Virus record (IMG/VR): IMGVR_UViG_3300023174_000042
Span: 1-64,000 of that record
Length of the DNA stretch: 64,000 nucleotides
Direction: 5' to 3' (one strand)
Shown: positions 54,052 to 63,992 of the stretch, in pieces
Layout of the letters: each line of letters opens with the position of its first letter
Numbering within the stretch: position 1 is the stretch's first letter
Notes under the pieces: generated by a model
Databases searched by the model: none
The model's input: only the letters and a program-made list of their open reading frames with translations
Told to the model about the DNA's origin: nothing
Translations under genes and position numbers: made by a program

Positions 54052-56422
54052 ACAAAACTTTTGACAAATTATTTTCTTTTTTAATTTTCACCACATGGTC
54101 ACCCCATGAGGACACAGCACTATTATGCGATATAACAAACACTTTTTCAAAATAATCTTTAATCTTCACAAAGAATTCATAAACCATATCTAAGTTCTCA
54201 GGAGATATTTTACCAAAGACTTCGTCTAATACGACGAGATTCGGAGTTGGTAAAGTACATATCTTTGTTAATACCGCTCTTAATGCTAATGATGATAAAG
54301 TCTTCTCATATCCACTTCCTGATGTCATTAGTTTTTCAACACCTGTTCCATTATCAATCATCATAAACTCAACTTCATTTTTGTCGTTAATTCTTATTTC
54401 CATTTTGAAATAACATGAATCTTCCATAAGTCTTTGAAGTTCCGTATTGATTAAAGGCATCATAGTTTTCATAATCATTTTTGAAATCCCATTTTTACCA
54501 TAAAGTTCCAAATAGATCTTAAAGATTTTTTCTTTCTCTTCTTCTTCTTTGATTTTAACAATCATTTTTTTGTTATTATCAATCTTTTCATCAAGTGATT
54601 TAATTGATGTTTCATTTGTTAAAATTGAGTTTGTAATAGTTCTATTTTGAATTTCTAAATCTTCTAATCTAAGGTCAGCCTTTATCAACTGTGCGTCTAT
54701 TTTATGATTTTCAGAAATTTTATCTTGTATTTCTTCCCAACGTTTAATCTTATCGTTTAATGAACCAATCTTTAAATCACAACTTTCAACAGATATTTCA
54801 TATTTTTCTTTAACCAGTTTGTTTTTTTCGTATTCATCAAATTCTTTTTTGAGTCTCACAAATGATTGTTCTTTTTTGAAAAAATCATTCATAAGTGTTG
54901 TTTTTGTGTTTTTTTTCACAATAAGTCCATTTAACTCTGCAATTTTTGAATTTGTGATTGCTGCGTTCATTAACTCAATTCCACAATGTTCGCATTTGAT
55001 TCCACCCTCAACTGAAGATTTTAATTTGTTGATTGATTCTATTTCAGTGTCAATTTGAATAATTTCTTTATAAACATTGTTATATTGTTCTTTAATTTCA
55101 TCATGTTTATCCTCATGGTAAAACTCAGATGGTTCAACGACTTTGATTTCAGAAATTTTTGTTAAATAACCTGACTTTTCTTTTTCAATTTCTTTTATTT
55201 CATCTTTGGTTTTATCAGGATTTAATAAACTTAATTCTTGATCAATGTTTGTATGTTTTCTTTTTAACATATCATCACGATATGTTTTTCCTTTCGAAAT
55301 TGCTTGATTTACGTCTGATAAATTTTTCTTTTCTTCTTCAATTTTATTTTTTAATTCTATAATTGAAGTTTGGTATGTTTCAATATCAGTTTTTAATTGT
55401 TCTGAAGAATATAGATTTGATATCTTTTGTTTTGAAAACTCTAAATAGATTTCTTTTGCGACTTCTTCTTTTCTTTTCAAAAACTCAAGTCCCATAAATC
55501 TTGATAACACCTGACCTCTTGCTGTTGGTTTTGATTCCAATAAATCTTCAAGGTTTGATCCTGTTGTAAGGATCGTCATTAAAAAGTCTTCCTTTGTTCC
55601 AATTGAGTTTTTAATGAAGGCTTCTGTTTCTCTTCTTTGTTCTCCCGTAAAATTTAATAAAGAACCATCTGACAACTTTTTAAAAAAGTCCAGTTCGGTT
55701 TTGACATTCCATTCACCTTTTTTGGACATCTTTCTTTCGATGTTTCTAACAATAACATAATCTTCACCATCAATTGTAATTTCACCTTTAACATGAACGT
55801 TATCTTTGTTTGAAAATCGGTTAAATATTTCTTCTGCTTTTGTTGTTTTTGTTGTTTCGTTAAAAAACAAAAACATTAAAAGATCCACCGTTAATACAGT
55901 TTTTCCACCAAAATTGGGAGGATCAGATTCAACCACCACAATACCATTTAAACTATCAAAGTTTAATCTTTGGTTTTCACCGTAGGATAAAAAGTTTGAA
56001 AATTCAATATTTCTGATATACCATTTTTTAAATTGTGATGAAGTTTCTTCATCTCCACTCATCTTATTTTCGACCATTTTGTTGATGTTTAATACATCAT
56101 CAGTTTTGTCTTCATGTCCTTTTGATTTAAGGTAATTTGAAATAAGATCAAGTTGGTATTGTGTGTCAGAGATATTCACCGACACATCAATACTTTGTAT
56201 AGTTTCACTTTCAACATTTTTTGCCTTTGTTAAAACATTAACGTTTGTTGTGTTATACTTTTTAGAAAAATAATGCTTGACACTTTTGATTTTATCTTGT
56301 GTAAAGTTTTCTGGTACGTCTTCCCAAACAACTTGTATAGTGGGATTTTCAAATTTTGAAAAGTCCAAATCTTTTATCATAATATCGTAATTGAATAATT
56401 TCGGTGGATTGAATAAATCCAT
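54050..56422 (-). CDS. sbcC: SbcC/Rad50/T4 gp46-like ATPase
   Basis: FSNFLSYG, NFGGKT, Zn hook CEHCG, signature SGSGYE, LDEVF, VISH. Confidence 0.9.
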   Translation of the reverse strand: MDLFNPPKLFNYDIMIKDLDFSKFENPTIQVVWEDVPENFTQDKIKSVKHYFSKKYNTTNVNVLTKAKNVESETIQSIDVSVNISDTQYQLDLISNYLKSKGHEDKTDDVLNINKMVENKMSGDEETSSQFKKWYIRNIEFSNFLSYGENQRLNFDSLNGIVVVESDPPNFGGKTVLTVDLLMFLFFNETTKTTKAEEIFNRFSNKDNVHVKGEITIDGEDYVIVRNIERKMSKKGEWNVKTELDFFKKLSDGSLLNFTGEQRRETEAFIKNSIGTKEDFLMTILTTGSNLEDLLESKPTARGQVLSRFMGLEFLKRKEEVAKEIYLEFSKQKISNLYSSEQLKTDIETYQTSIIELKNKIEEEKKNLSDVNQAISKGKTYRDDMLKRKHTNIDQELSLLNPDKTKDEIKEIEKEKSGYLTKISEIKVVEPSEFYHEDKHDEIKEQYNNVYKEIIQIDTEIESINKLKSSVEGGIKCEHCGIELMNAAITNSKIAELNGLIVKKNTKTTLMNDFFKKEQSFVRLKKEFDEYEKNKLVKEKYEISVESCDLKIGSLNDKIKRWEEIQDKISENHKIDAQLIKADLRLEDLEIQNRTITNSILTNETSIKSLDEKIDNNKKMIVKIKEEEEKEKIFKIYLELYGKNGISKMIMKTMMPLINTELQRLMEDSCYFKMEIRINDKNEVEFMMIDNGTGVEKLMTSGSGYEKTLSSLALRAVLTKICTLPTPNLVVLDEVFGKISPENLDMVYEFFVKIKDYFEKVFVISHNSAVSSWGDHVVKIKKENNLSKVL

Positions 56423-56425
56423 ATT

Positions 56426-56743
56426 TTAATCTTCGGTTGGCAACTCCCTATCTTCTATTGTAAATTCAGCACTATCATATTCAGGTTCAAATTCTTTATT
56501 GATTTTTGCAGATTCTTCTTCATTTGGTGTGAATTTGAATGCGTGTTCAACAACTTTATCTTCAACAATCTCAAAGTTCATTTCTTCACCATTATTTTCA
56601 ACTTTCATTTCATTTTCTTTTAATTTATTAAGTTGTTCTTGTAATAATAGATCAAATGCTTTTTGCATTCCCGATTTTTTTTGAGCAATTTTTGCGTTTC
56701 TTTTTGCAACTTTTTTTCTGTGTTCTTTATCCTTCTTTCCCAT
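56426..56743 (-). CDS. hypothetical protein
   Basis: ORF track; basic N-terminus, acidic C-terminus. Confidence 0.7.
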   Translation of the reverse strand: MGKKDKEHRKKVAKRNAKIAQKKSGMQKAFDLLLQEQLNKLKENEMKVENNGEEMNFEIVEDKVVEHAFKFTPNEEESAKINKEFEPEYDSAEFTIEDRELPTED

Positions 56744-56909
56744 TTTCTTGTGTGTTTAAATTATTAAATTCTTCCGATCCTTCAACGTTTGCAGGATATT
56801 CATCTCTCATTTCTTCAATTTCGTCGCTAACAACAATTTGTATTGATTGTGGAAAAATTTGATCCGTTCCAACTCCGAGATTTACTTCGATAACTTTTTT
56901 TGTTTCCAT
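56727..56909 (-). CDS. hypothetical protein
   Basis: ORF track. Confidence 0.55.
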   Translation of the reverse strand: METKKVIEVNLGVGTDQIFPQSIQIVVSDEIEEMRDEYPANVEGSEEFNNLNTQENGKEG

Positions 56910-56919
56910 TTATTTATTT

Positions 56920-57273
56920 TTAATTATTACTAGGTCTATTTTCTTCAAACCATTCTATTACACCATTCAACGCCCAAACGGCACCTGCGGATGTAATACC
57001 GTCAAAAAACCACGAATAGTATAAAGGTGTGTTAAACATATGATTTGTTGGTGAATAAATCAACAAGGATAATACAAAACCTCCCCAAGTGGAAAAACAC
57101 AACGGGCAATTAATTAAACCTGATAAAAACTTACCCAAAAAATTGAAGGGTAATGTTTTATTTTCTCCCCATCGACTTAGAAAGTCTCTCAATCCTTGAA
57201 AAATTGATCCGTAGACCATAATGTTCATTAGTCCGTAACTCATTACAAACCATACTAATACTTGTGTTGTCAT
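56920..57273 (-). CDS. DUF1360-like membrane protein
   Basis: TM segments around LINCPLCFSTW. Confidence 0.6.
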   Translation of the reverse strand: MTTQVLVWFVMSYGLMNIMVYGSIFQGLRDFLSRWGENKTLPFNFLGKFLSGLINCPLCFSTWGGFVLSLLIYSPTNHMFNTPLYYSWFFDGITSAGAVWALNGVIEWFEENRPSNN

Positions 57274-58169
57274 AATCTATTATTTAAATTTGATCCCCTT
57301 AAAAAGTAACCCTGATTTTGGTTACCATTCAAAAGTTCTCGGTTTATTTTTTCTAATTCTTTTATTTGTTCGTTCTTTTGTTGTAGTTCATTTCTTAGAT
57401 TTTGTAAAGTCTCTTGTAACATTTTTAACTTATTATTTGTTACAGGATCGTCTAACTTTTGTCTAAGTTCATCTAACTCATTATTCTTTTTTAACATTTC
57501 ATTTTGGAAAAAAATTTCCATTTCTTCTGTTTTAGTGAAAGATTCTTGTCTGATATTGTCAATTTCTGCGGTCTTAATCGAAATTTCTCCGTTTAAGTGT
57601 TCTATTTTTGACAACAATTCATTCAACTGTTCGGAATTTCTTAACAGTTCAATTTCCAACTTGGAGTTTTTTTCGCCAAGTTCGTTTATTTGACTGTCAT
57701 CGGTGGTATAGATTATTTTCTCAACCAATCTATCAACCGGAACTTCTTTAATAACTTCCTTAACAACTACCCTGTCAACAGGTATTTCTTTTGTAACCTC
57801 AACAATCTTTTCTATCTCCTTTACAACATTAAAAGGAACCTCAACTATCTTTTCTACCTCTTTTATTATTTCTACAGGAACCTCAATGATCTTTTCAACT
57901 TCTTTAATTACCTCAACCTCTTTGATGACTTCAACAGGAACTTCCACACGTTTTTCACGGATTACCTCTTTTATTAAGTCTTTTTCACCTTCATTATCCG
58001 TTTTTCCCAAAAACCCATATTTTTTAATATCGAATCCTTGTTTGAAACATAGATATATGAAATTATCGATATCCTTAATTTCTTGTGATTCACAAAATGC
58101 AGACACTGCCTGCATCATTTCTTTACTAAATATTTTGGAGTTTTTCGAATCCATTTTCAATATCTTCAA
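57270..58169 (-). CDS. soluble protein with VEVP/KEVEK repeats and C-terminal coiled coil
   Basis: Same repeat vocabulary as 47292..48623. Confidence 0.8.
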   Translation of the reverse strand: MKILKMDSKNSKIFSKEMMQAVSAFCESQEIKDIDNFIYLCFKQGFDIKKYGFLGKTDNEGEKDLIKEVIREKRVEVPVEVIKEVEVIKEVEKIIEVPVEIIKEVEKIVEVPFNVVKEIEKIVEVTKEIPVDRVVVKEVIKEVPVDRLVEKIIYTTDDSQINELGEKNSKLEIELLRNSEQLNELLSKIEHLNGEISIKTAEIDNIRQESFTKTEEMEIFFQNEMLKKNNELDELRQKLDDPVTNNKLKMLQETLQNLRNELQQKNEQIKELEKINRELLNGNQNQGYFLRGSNLNNRL

Positions 58170-58905
58170 ATGATTTTATGGAGAACTTCAAAAATGGTTT
58201 TGGGTTTGGTAAATCAACGTAAGAATATTCTTTTGTTTCAACATCATAAATACCATAACCATGTTTTCCAATACTCTCTCCAATGTTTTGTTGAATTGGT
58301 GATCCGATCATATAACCTTTACCAGTCTTGAATTTGAATTCTTGTCTTTTGTGAATATCTCCACATAATACGGTTTCAAGTCCATCAAACTTTTCAACAT
58401 CGTATGCCTCTTCACCAAAGTCAAATCCAAGATCTGTTTTCATTCCTTGAATTGGTCCGTGAAACAATCCAATTCTTTTACCTTTTGATTCTGTAATGTC
58501 AGGTGGAATATTTCCTTGATATTGTGAAAACACACACCAACTGATGTTTTCATCTTCATAAACACCTCTGTCTTTGTAATAATAAATGTTTTTACTATTC
58601 AAAGAACTAATGATTGGTGATAAAGCATCCATTCTTTCGGTGTTATTTACCAAGAAGTCGTGGTTTCCAGGTATAATAATTGTCTTTGCAACAAACGAAC
58701 ATTCGGTCAATAACCATCTAACCATTTCAATAAGTTCAGGTGTCATTTGGTTTTTAGAATGAACTAAATCTCCCGTAAAAACAATACGATCAGGTTCTAA
58801 CTCTATCCATTGTTCAATTGCCGTTTTCAAAATAGATTTATACAAATCGTGGTCTTTAAAAAGACGGATGTGTAGGTCAGAAAAATGTATTAGTTTTTTA
58901 ATCAT
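58126..58905 (-). CDS. sbcD: SbcD/Mre11/T4 gp47-like metallophosphoesterase nuclease
   Basis: HFSDLH, TGD, PGNHD, FHG, GDIH. Confidence 0.9.
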   Translation of the reverse strand: MIKKLIHFSDLHIRLFKDHDLYKSILKTAIEQWIELEPDRIVFTGDLVHSKNQMTPELIEMVRWLLTECSFVAKTIIIPGNHDFLVNNTERMDALSPIISSLNSKNIYYYKDRGVYEDENISWCVFSQYQGNIPPDITESKGKRIGLFHGPIQGMKTDLGFDFGEEAYDVEKFDGLETVLCGDIHKRQEFKFKTGKGYMIGSPIQQNIGESIGKHGYGIYDVETKEYSYVDLPNPKPFLKFSIKSFEDIENGFEKLQNI

Positions 58906-59146
58906 TTAATTGTTTTTTATCACCACAATATACCTCAAATGGTGGTTTATATGGGTCGTCTTGAATTGGAAAAGGATTCACCGGTATTGGTATTCTTTCA
59001 AATGGTGTAATTTTAACCGATTGGTTTGTTTCTTCTTTGACTTGTCCCATTTTTTCCACAATTGGTGTAATATCAATATTTTTATCTTCTAATTTTCCAT
59101 GAAGATAACCTTCTAGCCAAATATAAAATTCTTTATAACTTAACAT
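58898..59146 (-). CDS. hypothetical protein
   Basis: ORF track. Confidence 0.7.
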   Translation of the reverse strand: MLSYKEFYIWLEGYLHGKLEDKNIDITPIVEKMGQVKEETNQSVKITPFERIPIPVNPFPIQDDPYKPPFEVYCGDKKQLND

Positions 59147-59286
59147 AATTCTCTACAATAAAGGTTTATTAAAATAGTTCTTGCTAACTTAAATTCTTTT
59201 GCCCTATTAAGTTTTAAACCATAAATGTCAGCAATGATTTGAAGGTGTGGATACGCTTCAGTTATATTCATTTTTCTTGTTTCCAT
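59140..59286 (-). CDS. 48-aa hypothetical protein (not in ORF track)
   Basis: METRKMNITEAYPHLQIIADIYGLKLNRAKEFKLARTILINLYCRELC; fills the gap. Confidence 0.6.
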   Translation of the reverse strand: METRKMNITEAYPHLQIIADIYGLKLNRAKEFKLARTILINLYCRELC

Positions 59287-59504
59287 TAGTCAATAAACAA
59301 TTCGAAGTCTGAATTCACATGACCACAATCATTACACATGTAAGTTGGAAATGGAACAATTGTGTCTTCATGACTTCCTGTTAGTAATTTTGGAACTTTC
59401 TTCAACATTGTTATTTCTTTGAAGAATTTTGACTCGCACTTTTCACATTTAATTGTTTCTTGTTGCCGTAAGTCGATTTTTGGTCTGATAATATCGTCGC
59501 TCAT
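59286..59504 (-). CDS. small zinc-ribbon protein
   Basis: CEKC...CNDCGH. Confidence 0.75.
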   Translation of the reverse strand: MSDDIIRPKIDLRQQETIKCEKCESKFFKEITMLKKVPKLLTGSHEDTIVPFPTYMCNDCGHVNSDFELFID

Positions 59505-59507
59505 AAC

Positions 59508-59756
59508 TTAATAATTTACAATTTCTTCTTCCTCGTTTGAGTATTTTTGTTTTATCATTTCAGTATTAAACTGAAATTCATCTGCTAGCGTAGATTCGCT
59601 CCCACCTTTAATGTTTTCTTCATACATAATGCTGTTAAAGTGTTCAAGAATTTCTTCTTCTGTTTTTCCTTCTAATTCGGGATAGTCCTCCATATTAACC
59701 TCGATAGGCCCGTAGGATTCAAAAACCGAATACGTTTTTGTCATGTAAATTTTCAT
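59508..59756 (-). CDS. hypothetical protein
   Basis: ORF track. Confidence 0.65.
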   Translation of the reverse strand: MKIYMTKTYSVFESYGPIEVNMEDYPELEGKTEEEILEHFNSIMYEENIKGGSESTLADEFQFNTEMIKQKYSNEEEEIVNY

Positions 59757-59855
59757 TTTATTATATAATTTATGTTTATTTTAATTGTTTCATTATCCAA
59801 AGATGTATTGGTATAATAAATTGGTGTAATTGTTGTTTTCATACCTAATTATAGT

Positions 59856-60719
59856 TTATTTTTTAATTTTAGTCAAATAATGTTTCATATCCATTTCTAA
59901 AATTGTGTTGATTGTTTTTTTAGATACTCGGTATTCGTGATATTCCCTCTCATCAGTGATCAATACCACAATACAACCTAATAATTGTATGTTTTCATAT
60001 TTGGTTCCCTCCAACATCTTCAAAAGTAACTTACCATAAAAAGGTAATTGAGTGTTGTAATGTCCCAAAGCATTATCAGGTAAATCTTCGAATGGTTTTT
60101 TCATTTGTTTTGTATAACGTGTTACCACAAAGTTTTTTGGTCGGTTTGATTTCCAATCAGATATTAAAATACCAACATTACCATTTGTTCCAACAACTAA
60201 CCAAACCTTATCTGGTTGACCTGTATATTCTAAGTCAGGATGTCCCAAAACCATTTCTGTATCAATCAATTCACATCCCCTCTCTTTTAAAAGTTTAATA
60301 TAATTTTTTCCTGCAATAATCATAGAATCACTTTTAATTATTTGTTCTGCGTCGCAATCAAATATTGGTTGCCGAACTTCTTTTTCAATACCAAATTCTT
60401 TTAATGTGTGTTCTTCTAACAAGTAGTGACAACGGGATCCAAGATTTGTTGATTTTCTTCCTAATTCTGCCCATTCATTTATCAACCTTTCGGCTTCATC
60501 AGGATCACCACCGGCTTTATTAAAGGCAGCCTGTTCGGTTGGAAACTCATTATAAAAAAGTTTCATTACTTTTGAAACTGATGGAAAATCACTTCTCAAA
60601 TTTCCATCCTTATCCAACATTGTGTATTTGTGACTTTCCTCTTCAAACGTTAGTTGTAATTCTTTCTGTTTTTTTGAAATTATTTCTCTAATTTCTTTTG
60701 CTATTTTTTTTAAATCCAT
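59856..60719 (-). CDS. PD-(D/E)XK exonuclease (RecB-like family)
   Basis: PSVSKV, LGSRCH, GQPD, DWKS, YNTQLPFY. Confidence 0.8.
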   Translation of the reverse strand: MDLKKIAKEIREIISKKQKELQLTFEEESHKYTMLDKDGNLRSDFPSVSKVMKLFYNEFPTEQAAFNKAGGDPDEAERLINEWAELGRKSTNLGSRCHYLLEEHTLKEFGIEKEVRQPIFDCDAEQIIKSDSMIIAGKNYIKLLKERGCELIDTEMVLGHPDLEYTGQPDKVWLVVGTNGNVGILISDWKSNRPKNFVVTRYTKQMKKPFEDLPDNALGHYNTQLPFYGKLLLKMLEGTKYENIQLLGCIVVLITDEREYHEYRVSKKTINTILEMDMKHYLTKIKK

Positions 60720-61618
60720 TACTTTATTTCAACATAATATTCATCTTTTATCTCACCTCGAAGATCAGCAATATCTGAATCATCAGGTAATTTGATTAAT
60801 TTAATTCTACCCCATAAATCACCGCCACTTAATTCGTGATATAGTTTGATTGCGTTTTGCCACGCATCAGCGTCAAGACAAATAATAATATCACCTTTAG
60901 CTTTTGTATATAAAGTTTCAAACAATAGTTCAGACATATGTTTGCCAAGCATTGGTATTGAGTTTTCTAAAAATAACCCGTCAAATGCACCCTCAACCAA
61001 AAAAACATCTTTTTCCCAATTAATAAGATTTTCCCAAAATATAATTTTATCTTTTTCACACTCAGGATTCTTGTATTTGGCCCTACTTTTAGGATTCCAA
61101 CTTCTTGCGATATAATAGTTAAGTTCACCTTTGGTGTTATAAGATGGAATTACAATACGACCTGAATGGTCACCTTTATCACAAAATCCAATACCATACC
61201 TTTCGATCATATCATCTGTAACACCACGATTTTTTAAATAATTCATGGCTTGTTTTCTAACGGGATATACCGGACTTGAGTCTTTGAATAATGTAAATCC
61301 GTTTGGAAGTTTAAGTGTTTTTTTTGGTCTTTCTCTTTTAACAACTGTTTCTGGTTTAAAAACATTGTAAAGTTTTTTTTGTTTTTTGTTTCCAAACTTA
61401 TCAATTAATTTTCCCAAAGGTCCATGTGTTCCTTCACTATCTCCACAGGACCAACACTTGAAAACGTTGTCTATGTAATTAACTTCTAAATTATGTTTGT
61501 TTCTATCATCATCACAAACAGGGCAATTGAAGGATATTTGACCTCGATTAGGATAGTGAAGTCCGTAATCTCCAAGAATTTCTTCTAATAACTCAACTAA
61601 TCCTTCGTTTTCATCCAT
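60719..61618 (-). CDS. dnaG: DNA primase (Zn-binding domain plus TOPRIM)
   Basis: CPVC...CWSC, RIVIP, KYKNP, LVEGAFD, LDADA, DIAD. Confidence 0.85.
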   Translation of the reverse strand: MDENEGLVELLEEILGDYGLHYPNRGQISFNCPVCDDDRNKHNLEVNYIDNVFKCWSCGDSEGTHGPLGKLIDKFGNKKQKKLYNVFKPETVVKRERPKKTLKLPNGFTLFKDSSPVYPVRKQAMNYLKNRGVTDDMIERYGIGFCDKGDHSGRIVIPSYNTKGELNYYIARSWNPKSRAKYKNPECEKDKIIFWENLINWEKDVFLVEGAFDGLFLENSIPMLGKHMSELLFETLYTKAKGDIIICLDADAWQNAIKLYHELSGGDLWGRIKLIKLPDDSDIADLRGEIKDEYYVEIK

Positions 61619-61866
61619 TATGGTTTAACAATATGTTTTTCAAATATATTAATCAAGCCCTGAACATCACCAAATTCGGTAAATCTAATATATGGATCTG
61701 TGTTAAATACATCAACATACCACTCTTGATCTTCTTTTACCTCATCGTTAGCGCAACTGATAAATTCAAATCCGTCAACAATTTTATATACGTAATAATA
61801 AAATGGATCTTCGTCTAAATGTTCTTCTTTTTGAAAACCTAGTAGTTGTATTTCTTTTTCTGTCAT
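61618..61866 (-). CDS. hypothetical protein
   Basis: TATATTTG (61871-61878) 4 nt before ATG. Confidence 0.7.
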   Translation of the reverse strand: MTEKEIQLLGFQKEEHLDEDPFYYYVYKIVDGFEFISCANDEVKEDQEWYVDVFNTDPYIRFTEFGDVQGLINIFEKHIVKP

Positions 61867-61940
61867 ATAACAAATATAAAAAACATCTTTTATTTAATCA
61901 ACTACACAAACTTTTTTCTTTTTTTATATTTATACTTGAT

Positions 61941-62159
61941 ATGCCAACGCAAATTACAATTTCATCACTTTCTGGTCTTCCTCCGTTTGATGTTTACACT
62001 TGTGACACAGGTTTTACAAGTTGTATTTACATAAACACAATCGGTTTGGGTCAAATACCATATGTTTTTAACCTTCCATTTATTATGGAAGACATGCATT
62101 CATATGTTGTAAAAGTTGTTGATAGTAATAACTGTATGGTAACACAAGAATTTACATAA
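61941..62159 (+). CDS. small late-class beta-rich protein (start reassigned to MPTQIT)
   Basis: TATTTATA at 61927-61934. Confidence 0.7.
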   Translation: MPTQITISSLSGLPPFDVYTCDTGFTSCIYINTIGLGQIPYVFNLPFIMEDMHSYVVKVVDSNNCMVTQEFT

Positions 62160-62160
62160 T

Positions 62161-63963
62161 ATGGCTTGTAGTGGTTTAGGTTTATTTGCGGTGGACACTA
62201 GTCCAAATTATTCTTTGTGTTTTTCAGCACGAACAAGTCCCGTTTATGGGACTACATTAGGTTTAGGTAATTATCTTTATATCGATTCTGGATGCACTTT
62301 CGCATATTCAACATCTTATTTAAGTGATGGTTCTAATATATATGTGACAAATGGACTTGGAAAAATTACTGAAATTACTGCCTGTGCTTGTAATTTCTTG
62401 GGAACTTTCGCATCAGCATCAGACCCAAATTTATCTTGTATTTCTCCTTTGCTTTTTGATCTTTGGGGTCCAGGATTACTTGTTGGAAATGTGGTATACA
62501 TTGACTCAGGTTGCACCACCCCTTCCACTAATACTTTTTATTCAGATGGAGTTACAATCTATGAAGTTGATTCATCAGGAACGATATTGTCAATTTCTAC
62601 TTGTTCTTGTCCTGGTATTTTTTGTGTTCAAAATGATTCAAATTACGATGATACATATGTATATGCCGGAATGTATGGATCTTATACTTATTATACAGGT
62701 CAGACAAACGGATATTCTATCTTTTATTCTACTGGTGAAACAAGATGGTGCTTGGCTCAAAATCTTGGGGATCCTTGTAATCAATTTGGTCCATATGGGA
62801 GTGTTTCAACTTGTCCCGATTTAGATGATAGTGTTGTTTATTATGGTTCTTGTATAACAACCACAACGACCACAAATCCGTGTGTGGATTTTAATTTTGA
62901 AGCGATTTTTGATTGTTATATTCCACCAACACCAAGTTTTAGTCCGACACCAACACATACACCAACGCCGACACCAACGCCAACAACTTCAAACATTTGT
63001 GGAGGAGTCTCTATGGTAGTTACATCAACCAAAGTTACTCCAACACCAACACCATCTTATTCTCCCACACCTACCCCAACACCTCAAGTTGAGCGTCCTT
63101 GTAATTTTTCGGGTGAAGTTGTGTTTAATACATTTTCCGAAATTATACAATGTGCTAATAGTAAAAAATTCCGTGATTGCTTTACAGGTATTGAATACTT
63201 TACTTCAGATCTCGTATTGGTTTCGGGATCAACGTCACCTAAAGAAAACTACGTTTATAACGCAACTATCAATGGATTAAATTATTGTGTAATTTATGAT
63301 GGTCTATTTGAAAATATCAGTGGTGTTGATAACATTACTTTAACAAATGAAGTAGGTTCTGCTATGGAAGGGTCTTGTTTAGAGTGTGTGCCATCTCCTA
63401 AAGAACCTGTAGCACAATGTTTGGTTATTCATGGAGAATGTGGCACAAGTAATGTAAGTCCAAACGTATTTATAAACGGCAAATTATCTTATATTTGGAG
63501 TTTTAGTTCATATCCTGCGGTATATAGAATATATTGGGATAATTTAAACGTAAGGTGGGTTGCTGAAAATTACGGAACAAACGTTTCTGGATCATATTTG
63601 TATAAGGACACTCAACTTCCGATTGGTTCAAGTATGGAGTGGGTTGATAATCCAAACCATGGTCCTGATGAAACTTGTTTGACTCAAAGCGTTGGATTTT
63701 ATACAACAGTGTTAGATGTTCCTTGTCCTACACCATCAGCAACACCAACACCAACGCCCACACCAAGTCCATGTGTTTCTAGTCAATATAGAATAACAAA
63801 TATTAGTCCTTCAAAAATTACGGCCAAATATTTTGACTGTGTAAAAGGTATGTTGTCAGTTTCAATAAGTCCAAATTCTTCTTTGATATTATGTTCAACA
63901 ACTACACCATCGACAGCAAACCCACAGAACTTACAAATCACAAACTTAGGAACTAGTTGTTAA
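62161..63963 (+). CDS. Cys-rich modular protein with Pro-Thr linkers, probable virion surface/fibre protein
   Basis: Two ~70-aa YIDSGCT...SDG..IY modules; TTTTTT and PTPTPT linkers. Confidence 0.6.
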   Translation: MACSGLGLFAVDTSPNYSLCFSARTSPVYGTTLGLGNYLYIDSGCTFAYSTSYLSDGSNIYVTNGLGKITEITACACNFLGTFASASDPNLSCISPLLFDLWGPGLLVGNVVYIDSGCTTPSTNTFYSDGVTIYEVDSSGTILSISTCSCPGIFCVQNDSNYDDTYVYAGMYGSYTYYTGQTNGYSIFYSTGETRWCLAQNLGDPCNQFGPYGSVSTCPDLDDSVVYYGSCITTTTTTNPCVDFNFEAIFDCYIPPTPSFSPTPTHTPTPTPTPTTSNICGGVSMVVTSTKVTPTPTPSYSPTPTPTPQVERPCNFSGEVVFNTFSEIIQCANSKKFRDCFTGIEYFTSDLVLVSGSTSPKENYVYNATINGLNYCVIYDGLFENISGVDNITLTNEVGSAMEGSCLECVPSPKEPVAQCLVIHGECGTSNVSPNVFINGKLSYIWSFSSYPAVYRIYWDNLNVRWVAENYGTNVSGSYLYKDTQLPIGSSMEWVDNPNHGPDETCLTQSVGFYTTVLDVPCPTPSATPTPTPTPSPCVSSQYRITNISPSKITAKYFDCVKGMLSVSISPNSSLILCSTTTPSTANPQNLQITNLGTSC

Positions 63964-63968
63964 AAAAA

Positions 63969-63992
63969 AATATCGGTTAAAAAACCGATATT
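63969..63992 (+). terminator. probable terminator hairpin
   Basis: AATATCGGTT-AAAA-AACCGATATT just after the stop. Confidence 0.6.

Noticed and set aside
47360-57977. Leu/Asn-rich ORFs 47360..47659, 47373..47738, 47599..47847, 57690..57977, 57886..58173
   Set aside because: Alternate-frame or antisense shadows of the VEVP repeat tracts.
8229-61934. T4-type late promoter TATAAATA
   Set aside because: On the coding strand the motif reads TATTTATA; the T4 orientation would point away from the genes or overlap the ATG.
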